A stretch of 64,000 nucleotides of DNA, taken from the NCBI RefSeq assembly GCF_004010195.1, contig NC_057719.1, positions 47,231,227 through 47,295,226 of the forward strand, read 5' to 3'. Under the pieces are notes generated by a model that saw only the letters and a list, made by a program, of their open reading frames with translations, did no database searches and was not told where the DNA came from. This stretch comes from Chiloscyllium plagiosum. Taxonomy: Eukaryota. Shown piece by piece: positions 25,797-37,949 of this stretch. Both the position numbers and the translations under genes were made by a program. Every line of letters begins with the position of its first letter. Position 1 is the first letter of the stretch.

Positions 25797-26104
25797 CATG
25801 GGGTGGGGGTGTCCAGAACTTTAGGGCATAGGTTTAGGGTGAGGGGGGAATGATTTAAAAGGACCAAAGGGGCAATGTTTCATGCAGAGGGTGGTACGTG
25901 TATGGAATGAGCTGCCAGAGGAAGTGGTAGAGGCTGGTACAATTACAATGTTTAAAAGGCATCTGGATGGGTATATGTATAGGAAGGTTTTAGAGGGATA
26001 TTGGTTAAGTGCTGGCAAATGGGACTAGATTAATTTAGGATATCTGGTTGGCATGGACAAGTTGGACCGAAGGGTATGTTTCCGTGCTGTACATCTCTAT
26101 GACT
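25797..26104 (+). mobile_element. CR1 LINE 3' end
   Basis: Matches the 3' ends of the other CR1 copies (...gtgctgtacatctctatgact). Confidence 0.85.
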
Positions 26105-26269
26105 AAATCGTACCTTACATAAGTACATCAGAATGCAGAATGCTGTGTTACAGCCATAGAGAAGGTGCAGAGAAAGATCAACTCTAATATATGAGAGGTC
26201 TGTTCACAAGTTTGATAACAATGCAGAAGAAACTGTTGGTTCGTGGTTTCAAACTTTTGTATCTTCTGC

Positions 26270-27431
26270 TATAGGGTTCTGGTTTGCGATCAGTAATTTG
26301 CTGATTTTTAGGTGGTGTGAATTATCCCCAGATCCCTGATTCTAACTCTGGACTTATTTAGGAATGTGAAGTGAAAAAGATAGTCGGCAGGTATTTCAGG
26401 GCAAAAGAATCTCTGTGCTTATAACATACAAAAGTATAATAAAAGAAATAAAAGCAAATGTAATAAACAGTGATATTAACGCTTGCAATTATACAGAGGG
26501 CAGTAATTAAACACATTATTAACATTAAACAAAGTTTAAACACTATTAGAAGCTAAACACAGTTTTAATCATAGATGCTTTAATCAGACTTCCTATCCTT
26601 GGGGTTCCCTGCACCGTCACCACCCACCTTCCTCTCCCTGCTAGCTAGGATGGAAACTTTGGGGTCTCAGGAGTTTCAGCTCACCATTGACAAAACACAG
26701 TTTCAAACTGCGCCCAGTTGCTGAGGTTCTTGCCGTTGGTTCTCTTGGCTTGGAACAGGCTGTGTTCAGAAGTTTTGTTTGAATAGCACTTGGTTAGCAT
26801 TCCCCTACTCAGGTGTCCTTTGTTGCGATGATGCTCTTAGAAGCTGAATCAGAAAGACAAACTATGTTGGGTCTCTATGGTTCTTGGTCCCAAGGCTGCT
26901 TGTTGGGACTGGAAGCCTGCGGGGAGGCTGTTTCTGCAGAAGCTTTTTGATGGAAAGGCTCTTCCTCTCCATTGAGATCAGGGCTGGCAGTTATACAGCC
27001 TGTGTGCCCCGTATTTCTCTCAAATCTGTGTTGTCCATTTGTGTCTGGTGTTCCCTTTGAGGTCAAATAGTTTCTTGTAAATGGAAAGAGCACATGTAAA
27101 GAGTATATGTAAAGGGATTCTGATTGAAGTTGAATGCCCGATATCTCGGTGAATGAATATTGATTGAAGTTGAATGTTGGGTTCCAAAATGTTAGCATGA
27201 GGTATAACATTAGTTTCAGTCTAGTGTGTTGGGTCTGGTTAATTGTTCTCTTGGAGAGGAGGTGTACATTGTATTTCCAGGTTGAACAATAGTCCCAGAC
27301 TGAAATCATTCTTGCTCTGTGTGTGTTTGTTGCAGCCTATGGTCAGGCCTTTGTCCAGCACTTTAGACAATAGGAAAATCCAAGGTCTTGTCCAGTATTT
27401 TAGATGATGGCGATTTTTCCTCAGTTCTACA
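26270..27431. mobile_element. Probable solo LTR (~1.16 kb) nested in the Rex1 element
   Basis: TATAG...CTACA termini (decayed TG...CA); 4-bp TSD CTGC at 26266-26269 and 27432-27435; interrupts LINE sequence. Confidence 0.6.
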
Positions 27432-28679
27432 CTGCCCTGTCAAAGAGCGTGGAATAGAGTAGAAACGGGTTGAGAGGGTTCTTTGATTATGTTGGCTACT
27501 TTCCTGATGAAGTAGATCGAGTCAATGCAAGGAAGGCTGGTTTTCATGATGGACTGGGCTGTATTCACAACTCTCTGTAATTTCCTGCAGTCTTGGACAC
27601 AGCAGTTGCCATTCCAAACTGTGATGTCTGGATATGATTCTTTCTGTGGTCCATCTATAAAAGTTGGTGAGAGTCCATGGGGACATGCCAAATTTCACTA
27701 GTCTTCTGTATGCTTTCTTAACTGTTGCATCGACACAGGTGGACCAGGAAAGACTGTTGGTGATATTTACTCCTAGGAACTTGAAGGTTTCGACCACCTC
27801 CACCTCAGTAGTATTGATAGAGATAGGGAAGGGTCCTGCACTCCACTTCCTGAAATCAATGACCAGTTCTTTCATTTCACTGACATTGAAGAAGACTGTT
27901 ATCTTTATACCATGCCACTAAGCTCTATCTCTTTCCTGTACTTTGTCATGTCATTGTTTGACATCCAACCCACTGCAGTAGTATCATCAGCAAACTTGTC
28001 ATCAGCCACACAGTTGTGAGTGTATAATGAGTGTACTGAGGAGCTGAGTATGCAGCCTCGTGGGGCACAGTGTTAAGGATTATTATGGAGGAAGTGTTGT
28101 TGCCTGTCCTTACTGATTGCAGTCTATGGGTCAAGAAGTCAAGGATCCAGTTGCAGAGAGGGGAGCAGAGTCTTAGGTCTCAAAGTTTGGACAGGAGTTT
28201 GGTTGGAATTATGGTGTTGAAGACGGAGCTAAAGTTAATACATAGGAGTCTGATGTAGGTGCCCTTGTTATCCAGATGTACAAGGGATAAGAGTAGGTTC
28301 AGGGAGATGGATCTATTGCGACTGTAGCCGAAGTGAAATGTACCAAGGCAATCTGGGACACTGGAATTGATGTGAATCATTACTAACCTCATAAAGAACT
28401 TCATAATAATGGATGTCAGAGCCACTGGATGGTAGTCATGAAGGCACATTGCCTGATTTTGCTTTTACACTGGGATGATAGTGGTCTTCTTGAAGCAGGT
28501 GGGAATCTCATGTCAGAGTAGGGAGAGGTTAAAGATGTCTACAAATACTCCCACCAGCTAGACCACACAGGATCTGAGTGCAAGGCCAGGGAATGGAAAT
28601 TTAACCCCAAACTTTAACAAGTTTACAATCACGTTTTTTAATTCTGATTTGCAATGAAATATTCAAAATCTCTGGAATT

Positions 28680-29511
28680 TGTCATCTACATGGGAGAAGT
28701 ATTTAAGGGGAGCTCCTTTCCTACCAAGTTGATTTTTAAACACCTTGATCAACAATGCTTATGAAGTGGGACATGGCACAGGGCAGGGTGACATAAGGCA
28801 CATGGATACACAAGATGGCCATTGAGCCATCAGTTGGCCACTTGACACATAAGATGGCTGCCAGACCACAATATGGAAAGAGACAGCAGAGCAAATGCAG
28901 ACACTGCCTGGGGCCACTAGAATGCCAGCACAATGCACTCACAATCTAGTTGATTAGTTTAAGGTGGGTGGGGGAGACAATACACGAGTAGCGTGCACTG
29001 CCCACCGAAGTGTCTGGGTCTAGCCAACACCTTTGATAGAAATGCTAACAGTCTGATACGGACTCACTACAGAGTGATAATAGCCAGGGATGCAGTAATC
29101 GTCCTTCTTAGGAAGAGCAATTAGCGCCTATTATTACAGCAACGGGCTTCCACGCAGACATTGAAACTAACAATGTCTGTGCTGAAACTAACAACAACCA
29201 CGCTGAAATTAACAAGGCTGTGCTGGAACAGACAATGACTGTATCAAATCTATCAACGATTCTGCAATGATTACCATAAAGAAACCATGTTGCAAAGACA
29301 ATAATCTCATCATTGACCTATTGTATCACAAGATGTATGTAAAAGTATCTTGACATGTGCTCCAGGTCGAGAGAAGAATGGCAGCTGACCACTGTGCTGT
29401 TGGTATCTTTCTTTCCCCAGAGCTCCGGTATTTCCTTGTACAATAAACCGAGACTGGTGATTTTCCCCATAACCGTTATAATCAGGTTTCATTAGTAAGA
29501 AATAATGGACA
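28680..29511 (+). mobile_element. Possible solo LTR-like element
   Basis: TGTC...GACA ends, ~21-bp internal tandem repeats at 29163-29245, AATAAA near 29442. No TSD seen; boundaries uncertain. Confidence 0.35.
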
Positions 29512-31253
29512 GTCAGATGGTATTTGTTAGCATCTCATATCTGGCCGTGTGTTAACTAAAAATCCATTGTCTTCTTCTGTGGAAGGAAAGACAGTGAGAA
29601 ATACTGTGCTACAGAAATGTAGTGGCTTTAATTTGCCTTAATAGTCAATGGCAATTTAGAAAGTGAGGCTGCAACATCCTGTAAAATAGGCAAATTTTAA
29701 ATGAAGTAACTCCATAAGCTAGTCTGAGTTTTAAATTGAATTCACAGATAGGATTTCTTATGCCAAACTCTCTGAATCTTACCAACAATCTCGGCATTGT
29801 CAATTTGCTGCAAATTCTGCTGGTTTTCTAATTAGAATAAGCCACAACAAGCAGCAGTGGATAATCAGTTGGCACCAACCGAAGCTGAAAAGACAGCACA
29901 GCAATTAGAATCTTTAAATAATTGAAAGTGTCAGTCTTTTCTCAGAGGTAACATCTTATTCTGAGTCGGAAGGTTTGGTTTCAAACACCACTCCAGAAAC
30001 CTAAAGAACATAATCTAGATTGAGTCAGAGGTATGGCGGTTCAATTGAAGCATTAAACCAAGGCTGCAAATGCCCCCTCATTTGGGTAGAAGAGAATCAA
30101 TGGTGGTATTCACAGTTCTCATTATCCTAGCCAATATATTTAACCTTCAACCAACATTAGAAAAACAAGCTAACTCACTGGATCTTCATTTCTGCAACTA
30201 TGTTTTTTTATTTTGCTAATTTCCATTGACTGGTCAGTGTCCTAAAATTGTGAACAACATTACGTAAATATGTTATTTATTTCTAAAGTTTAAACTGAAG
30301 TTACAGATGATATAATATCATGCTTTTTATTAAAAACTTAAGGTCTTCCTGGAGCCTATGGCAGAAGGATTAAGCAAACCCACCGCAATAAAGAGGAAAC
30401 ACACCCTTATCTTCTTTGCATTTTGAAGCTAATGAATTCATCCCAGGTGTTAATGTTTCCATTAAAGACCACAGCCCTTTACAAAGGAATTGAACTTTCA
30501 GTTAATAGCTGAACGGATTACAGGACAAGATTAGCCATTTTACTGTAGCAAACAAATGAAAAACACTATTGATTCAACACTTTTTTATAGGCATTATATT
30601 TAAAGTTATAGAACTGAACTCCTTTCACAAACAACCAAAAAAAACCTATCTGGCAGATGTTAGATTGTCCTTTAAACAAAAATTCAAGGATCCTCGAAAC
30701 ACTCCGAAATGTTTCCATGCTTCCAAGGGTTTAATTCCAATGTTTTCCTTTCCCAAATGGAAACTTTTAACTGCAGAATCAACATTTACTGTGGGTGTTC
30801 CTAGAAACTTCTCTCTCTAGCTAAATCTAAGCAAATTTTTCAGAGTCCTTTGAACTTCTCCAGGTCTTCATCTTTGCAGTCTGAGAATAAGTTTAAACCT
30901 CTCTGTCTCTTTCCACATACACAAGTTCAAATCCAACCTCAGTAGCTAATGCAATTTAAATTCAATGAATAAAATCTGTTTAATTTCAGTGACAGTCATC
31001 ACAAAATGATCAGTTATTGTTAAAAACTCATCTGTTTCACTAATTCCTTTAAGGAAGGAAATCTGCCATCTTTACCTGGTCTAATTGACATGTGACTTCA
31101 GATTCATAGCAATGATTTGTCAGGCAGTTCTTTTATCTAAATTGAATTAACTTGAAAACTGGCCTAAATACCAGGAAACAATCAATTAGTGTCGTAATTC
31201 CCTTCTAACTGATAAGGCTAACAGTGAAGTAGCCTACAAGTTCCAACAAAGTA

Positions 31254-31735
31254 CAGTGGTGACCCCGGAATCCGAACGCCCTATTGTTCGAACAAATCGG
31301 AATCCGAACAATTATTTCGAGAATATTTTGCCCTAAAATCCGAACAAATTTTCAGAATCCGAACACCATGTACCATTCAGGTGGCACATTGTTTGTTCAG
31401 TTCATCCCCGGAAGTAGTCGTGTATCCATCACTAGTTTACCTCGTGATTTGTGCTGGTTTTTTTAATTATCACCCTTGTGCATTCACCATTGCACCCAAG
31501 AAGAGCAGTGAAGCAAATAAGTGCATTCACCATTAGCACTCCTCACTAAGGTAAAGGAAGTTATTTTCATGTTAGTACATTTATTTCTTGCTTTTATTAA
31601 AAGTGTCTTGAAAATGTTTTTTTTTGGGTCCAGAAACAGATTAATTCACTTTCCATTATTTCTTATCAGGAAAATAGTTTCACAATCCAAACAGCCTCCT
31701 GGAACGAACTAAATTCGGATTCCGAGGCACCACTG
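31254..31735. mobile_element. Tigger/pogo-like MITE
   Basis: TIRs CAGTGGTGACCCCGGAATCCGAA / TTCGGATTCCGAGGCACCACTG, TA TSDs, subterminal AATCCGAAC repeats. Confidence 0.85.
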
Positions 31736-32298
31736 TATTTAATTTAACGATATAAGTAATTTCCTCTTTAATTTTGTTTTGCACCAATTAAGGGTAGATT
31801 GCCCATGTGACCTTTTTAGCGGCTGGAGATTATGGACTTCCCTCTTGTCACTTTTTGCCCATCACATATGGGCATTATTCTACAGATTCCATATAACCTC
31901 AATTCTACAGTTTTCACCACTGATACGTATCATGCATGTGGTATATTATCTGAGAGTAGTAGCATAGATGGACAACTAGTACACACTTATGGAACTGTTT
32001 ACAATAAAAACAAATTGTTCAACAGGATTCAGAAACAGTTTTTCATATAACAAATAAACACAGACACAAACTCTGGGGACTGTTACTACTTATGGAAAAA
32101 TTGAATCTCCCCCCTTCCCAGGAAAAATTTAGACAGTAAGAAAGATGATAGGAGGTAAGTGTTACAATAACTCTTTCTCTTATCTCCCCCCAACCCCATC
32201 ATCTTTACTTTCATACAAGAGGAACATTCACTCCTGATAAGCAGCAATTATGCTTCATTCTAGATTCAGGAGACCAGGGCTTGGCCAACCTTGGCAAC

Positions 32299-32487
32299 CT
32301 AATGCTGTTGTAAACTAATGTTTGATGGAGGAGAATAATTCCTATTTGATTTTTCTTTTTTTTCAGCCAACAATGGGAGCTGAAATAAGCTTGCTTTTGT
32401 GGGGAATAGCAAATCAAGCGTGCGACTGTTGCATACATCAACACAGTAGTTATACAAGACTGTTGCCTTCTTTTACTGATTGAACTC
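32299..32487 (+). repeat. 189-bp direct repeat, copy 1
   Basis: Identical by eye to 33264-33452. Confidence 0.95.
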
Positions 32488-33037
32488 GCTAGGAGAACAA
32501 GAACAGAAGCCATGGAGTGGACAAAAGAGGCCACAATTTTTTTTAAGAAGTGTTACCCTTGTGGACTAAACCTCCAGGATTCACAAGGAATCCTTCAGTC
32601 TCCCTGGCCCCAGTTTTGCTTCACTTTCTCAACCCAGGCATTGAGTTCCAAAGTCCAGTCCATGTAACCCAAGCATTTAATAGGAATATTAATTGCAATG
32701 GTCAAGAAAATAATGCAGTTACAACAATGCAGCATGCAATAGAAGAGGCAACATGCAGGTTGCACCAGTTGTTGGGATAATTGTTGCAGTTGAATTAGGT
32801 TTTATTGGAAATATATACTACAAAATAATAAATGGGATCATTAGTAACCAAATAAGAGTGTTGCAACAATCACTTGTCTTGATGTCAGCCCTTAACTAAT
32901 TTCATGGCTTTTTTGTCAAACTTGCCTTTAGGAAAATAATGATATACCGGTATTAGAATGTCCTATGTTATAATATTGCTTCCATTTTAATAAATCTGGA
33001 TTCACAAAAATTATTAAATACTACTTTATTTAAACAG

Positions 33038-33082
33038 GTTGTAAATTTAAAGATGTAAGAAGAAACCTTCAGAAAGATTTAG
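33038..33082 (+). CDS. CDKN3: CDKN3 coding exon 3 (45 nt)
   Basis: (G)CKFKDVRRNLQKDL(E); CAG/GTAATT boundaries. Confidence 0.95.
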
Positions 33083-33263
33083 GTAATTCATATTTATATA
33101 TGTATATCGTGTTTCTGGTCTTGGGTTCAAGGAAGGTATCCATTTTTTGATAACACTTTGATCTTAACTTTTTTGCATTTGAAGCTGTACTTCACTATTT
33201 CATTTATACTTTATTTGGGGCTTCTTTCTACCCTGTTGCAGGAGATTTGCTTGCAGACTTCTT

Positions 33264-33452
33264 CTAATGCTGTTGTAAACTAATGTTTGATGGAGGAGAA
33301 TAATTCCTATTTGATTTTTCTTTTTTTTCAGCCAACAATGGGAGCTGAAATAAGCTTGCTTTTGTGGGGAATAGCAAATCAAGCGTGCGACTGTTGCATA
33401 CATCAACACAGTAGTTATACAAGACTGTTGCCTTCTTTTACTGATTGAACTC
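33264..33452 (+). repeat. 189-bp direct repeat, copy 2
   Basis: Identical by eye to 32299-32487. Confidence 0.95.
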
Positions 33453-33580
33453 AATTTAGATAAGCCAGTAGCTCCTGTGATCTGCATTGTCAATTCTGTA
33501 GTTGGGATTACATGTTATAAACTGTATGTCTTATATGGAATTAATCAGTCATCGTCTCCATATTCTTCATTTATTCACAG

Positions 33581-33803
33581 AAGAGCTCAAGAGTCACAAC
33601 ATACAGGATGTATTTGTGCTCTGTACCAAAGGAGAGATGGTGAAATACAGGGTTCCAGGCTTGTTGGAATCATACGAGCAACAGGGATTCAAAGTGTATC
33701 ATTATCCTTTCCCTGATGGTAGTGTTCCAGATATTGCTAACTGTTGGAAAATTCTGGAAGAGTTGAGAATCTGCTTGGAAAACGCAAAAAGAATTCTTAT
33801 CCA
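33581..33803 (+). CDS. CDKN3: CDKN3 coding exon 4 (223 nt)
   Basis: (E)ELKSHNIQDVFVLCTKGEMVKYRVPGLL...YPFPDGSVPDIANCW...KRILI; CAG/GTAAGT boundaries. Confidence 0.97.
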
Positions 33804-34646
33804 GTAAGTGCATTGCAACTGTTAATTGTGAACTTGTAAAAAATGTAATCTTTTATGGTAAATCATTTGCAAATGCAAGTAACTATGTCTCAGTTATGAT
33901 CAAGTATAGAAATTGTTTAAGACAGATTAGTTGTAACATGGTGAGACTGACTTCCACATTGCATAAGTGCTAACATCACCAAAGTCCAAATTCGGTGGAT
34001 TAGCTATGCTAAATTGCCCAGAATGTCCTGGAATGGGCATAATGGGCCGAATGGTCTGCTTCCATACCGTAGGGATTCTGAGTTTCCCATGTCAGACTAT
34101 CCTGAATATTCTGGGGAGCTACTGCATTATTGGTGCCTCTGAATGGGAGCTTGGAACCAACAAACTGCTGCAAGATTTGAAAGACAGTATCAGTTTTGTC
34201 AGTGTTTTTGATTGAAGAAGCAGTTACACATGGTCTGCTACAAACATTTTCTCTGGAGGGCAAGTGTTTCCAGTCAAAAAAAAAGGCAAGATGGGCTGTC
34301 CGAGCAGATAACCCTTAAAATGTAATTTTATTCCAGATTCTAAGCAAACGAATCTGAAATGCAAACAAGTCCTTTTACAAAGCCACTTTTGACTCAATTC
34401 CTGCCACAGAGTTGACATCTAGTCTTCAAGGGTGCCTCATTAAATGGGACATTGAATATTCATTTATTATAATTAGTGAGTGTGTTCAATTGAGGGATGT
34501 CTCCATGTTCTAGATGGTTGATTAATCCTGGCAAACTGATTAGCATGTTATATACACATAAAAATAGTGGATAATATTGATGCAAAATGTCTTTTAAATC
34601 AGAATCCCAAACATTTTCTTGAAACACACTCTAATTATCTTTGCAG

Positions 34647-34678
34647 ATGTTACGGAGGTCTTGGACGTTCATGTCTAA
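34647..34678 (+). CDS. CDKN3: CDKN3 coding exon 5 (32 nt, catalytic CX5R loop)
   Basis: (Q)CYGGLGRSCL(I); TTGCAG/GTAAGT boundaries. Confidence 0.97.
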
Positions 34679-34835
34679 GTAAGTGCAAAATTTAATATCC
34701 TATTCTTTCACTTCTTTGTAAACTTTCCCTTTTCTACCAAAGAAAAATTGAAGAGTGCTTCCTTAACTCTCAAGTGTCAAGTAATCAGGTTAATAAAACA
34801 ATTTGAAAGCATTTCCTTCTTACATTGTCTCCTAG

Positions 34836-34939
34836 TTGCAGCATGTCTTCTACTTCAGTTGTCTGATACTATGTTACCAGAAGAAGCAATTGGCCACCTT
34901 CGTGAACTGAGAGGAGCTGCAGCAATACAAACAGTGAAG
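34836..34939 (+). CDS. CDKN3: CDKN3 coding exon 6 (104 nt)
   Basis: (I)AACLLLQLSDTMLPEEAIGHLRELRGAAAIQTVK; TAG/GTATAA boundaries. Confidence 0.95.
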
Positions 34940-34969
34940 GTATAAATGAATTCCGTCTCAAATCCTTAG

Positions 34970-36640
34970 ACCACAAGAAATAGGAAAAGGAGTAGGCTGC
35001 CCAGTCTGTCAGGTCAGCTCTGTCTTTGATTAGGATGATGGTTGATCTGACAATTCTTGATCCTCCTACTGATCAAGGATTGATATCCCAGCCTTTAGGA
35101 CTCTGCCCCCTCAGCTATCTCAACCACAAGGACTCTACCCCCTCAGCTCTCTCAATCCTCTGAAAGAAATTCCTCATCTCAGTCTTAAACTAGTTCCCCT
35201 TTATGTGCCTCTGGTCCTTGACACTCCCATAAGGGGAAACATCCTCTCAGCATTTACCCTGTCAAACCTCTTAAGGATTTTATATTTCAATTAGATCACC
35301 TCTCATTCTTCCAAACTAGTCCCAAGAGTCCCAACTCATTTAGTCTTTTGCTCTGAAGACAATTCCTGCATGCCAAGGATCATGTGGTGAACCTTCTCTG
35401 AACTGCCTTCAATGAAATGACAACTGCAAATATGGCTCCACTATGTTCACATCCTTCCTTCAAGTCATTAATAGCTTTTGTAATTAGTTGCATTCCCAGC
35501 ATTGATCTTTTTAGAATCTCGCTGTTCTGGGTCGCCAATCTGGAAGCAAACCCCTTATCCCGACTTGCTGTTTCTTGCCCTTGAGCCAATTCTCTCTCGC
35601 TGCCAAATGTACTACCTCAAAAACTGTCGACTTAATCATTTTAGTACCTTGTCAAATGCCTTCTGGAAGTCCAAACACAACATAACTACTGGTTCCCCTC
35701 GATTCACTCTGGTTGAGATATCCTCAAAAAACCCTAATAATCAGTGAGACATTATGTCCCTTTTGTGAAACTATGCTGACTCTGCTTGAATAGGTGGATT
35801 TTCCAAATGAGCTACTTCTTGCTTAATAATTGATGCCAATAGTTTTCCAACAATAGATGTTAGGATAATCAGCATATAATTACCTGCTTTTTGTCTCCCT
35901 TCCTGTTTGAATAGGTGTGTCACATTAGCAGTTTTCCAATCCTTTGGTACTTCTCCACAATTCAACTATTTTTGGAAAATTACAACCAATACATCCTGTA
36001 GCTATTTCAGTAGCTGCCTCTTTTAGGTCTTCTGGCCCTGATGGTTTATATCCTATCTGCCTTTTGCCCCATTAGTTTATTTACTGCTACTTCTTTAGTG
36101 ATATTTAATTCCTCCCCTATTTTCTTTCATATTAATGGGAAGCTTGTTGTGTATTCCACTGTAAAATGATGCAAAATATGTTTAACTCCTCTGCCATGTC
36201 CTTTGTTTCCCCAGATTCATTTTCTAAGGGGCCTATGTTCACTTTGACTTCTCTTCCTTTTTACGTATTTAAAGGTCTTATTGTCAGCTTAAAGGTCTTA
36301 TTTCATGCCAGTGTGCCATTATGTTTATTTTCTGCCTTTATTATCTTTCAGTCCTCCTTTGAGAGATTCTGAATTTATCCTATCTTCAGGGCTATCAATA
36401 ACTTTGGCCACATTCAACTTAATTCTCACCTTCCTTGGTTAGCCATATCTCACTCTGAGGCTTTTCCTCCTTTTTGGATGTATTTTTGCTGAGTGTCATG
36501 AATTACCTCAAGTGTCTACCACTGTTTGCTTACTGTTATTCCTGTTAATCTGTCCAGTGCACTTTAGCTAACTCTATTCTTGTGTCATTGTAATTCCTTT
36601 TAACTTAAAGTTATTTCGTAACTGGGTTTCTCACACTCAA
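34970..36640 (-). mobile_element. Older degenerate CR1-like LINE
   Basis: GEVPKDWKTANVTHLFKQEGRQKAGNY...LTSIVGKLL. Confidence 0.75.
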
Positions 36641-36644
36641 ACGG

Positions 36645-37483
36645 TGGGAAGGTCCTAGGGAGTGTTGCTGAACAAAGAGACCTTGGAGTACAGGTTCATA
36701 GCTCCTTGAAAGTGGAGTCGCAGGTAGATAGGATAGTGAAGAAGGTATTTGGTATGCTTTCTTTTATCGGTCAGAGTATGGAGTACAGGAGTTGGGACAT
36801 CATGTTGCAGCTATACAGGACATTGGTTAGGCCACTGTTGGAATATTGCGTGCAATTCTGGTCTCCTTCCTATCGGAAAGATGTTGTCAGAGCTGAGGGG
36901 TAACCTTATAGGGGTTTACAAAATTATGAGGGGCATGGATAGGATAAATAGACAAAGTCTTTTCCCTGGGATGAGAGTTGGGGCGGCACGGTGGCTCAGT
37001 GGTTAGCACTGCTGCTTCACAGCACTAGGGGCCCAGGTTCGATTCCAGCCTTGGACAACTGTCTGTGTGGAGTTTGCACATTCTCCCTGTGTCTGCGTGG
37101 GTTTCCTCTGGGTACTCCGGTTTCCTCCCACAATCCAAAGATACTAAGTAGCCCATAGGTTAAGTGCGTTAGTCAGAGGGAAATGGGTCTTGGTGGGTTA
37201 CTCTTCGGAGGGTCGGTGTGGACCTGTTGGGCGGAAGGGCCTGTTTCTACACTGTAGGGAATCTAATCTAATCTAAATAGAGGGCATAGGTTTAGGGTGA
37301 GAGGGGAAAGACATAAAAGAGGCTGGTACAATTGCAACCTTTAAAAGGCATTTGGATGGGTATATGAATAGGAAGGGTTTGGAGGGATGTAGGCCGGGTG
37401 CTGGTAGGTGGGACTAGATTGGGTTGGGATATCTGGTTAGACCGAAGGGTCTGTTTCCATGCTGTACATCTCTATGACTCTAT
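36645..37483 (+). mobile_element. CR1 LINE 3' fragment interrupted by an HE1 SINE
   Basis: LYRTLVRPLLEYCVQFWSP; tail ctctatgactctatga. Confidence 0.85.
36980..37276 (+). mobile_element. HE1-like tRNA-derived SINE
   Basis: Box A TGGCTCAGTGG, box B GGTTCGATTCC, V-SINE-like core, CR1-like 3' end and (AATCT)n tail. Confidence 0.88.
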
Positions 37484-37859
37484 GATCTTTTAATCAGAGA
37501 TGGTTAATTAAATACATCTCATTACGATTACCAGATCCAAGATAGGCTGCTCCCTGGTTGGCTCCATGACATATTGCTCTGGGAAACTATCCTTACGGTG
37601 CACTGAATTTGTCGTCATAGCTACCCTTTTCAGTTTGATTAACCCAATCAACATGAAGAATAACATCACTCCTAACTATTGCTATATTCATCTTACATGT
37701 TCCTATTATTTAGCGTTTATAGTCTTTCCCACAGTGTTGGGGGGGGGGGGGGGGGGGGGGGGAGAATATCTGTGATCAAATAACGGATGTACTCAGCAAA
37801 TAAAATGGAATATTAATAATTAAAATGCATTTTAACTATTATGCTGTTTTGTTTGACAG

Positions 37860-37949
37860 CAATACAACTATTTGCATGACTTTCGGGATAACATGGCAAC
37901 ATACCTGGCAACAAAAGACGATGTTGCAGCCCGATCAGTGTCAAGATAG
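37860..37949 (+). CDS. CDKN3: CDKN3 last coding exon
   Basis: QYNYLHDFRDNMATYLATKDDVAARSVSR*; joined CDS is 624 nt (207 aa plus stop). Confidence 0.96.
   Translation, partial: QYNYLHDFRDNMATYLATKDDVAARSVSR

Larger units (their letters stand above)
25721..28590 (-). mobile_element. Rex1/Babar-type LINE, decayed, with nested CR1 and solo-LTR insertions
   Basis: KELVIDFRK...FKFLGVNITNSLSW...TLTNFYR and DYHPVALTSIIMKFF; (TTTGA)n tail at 25721-25743. Confidence 0.8.

Noticed and set aside
36980..37060. tRNA-like box A/B sequences (also near 44490, 53443 and 54589)
   Set aside because: They are SINE heads followed by SINE core and tail, not cloverleaf tRNA genes.
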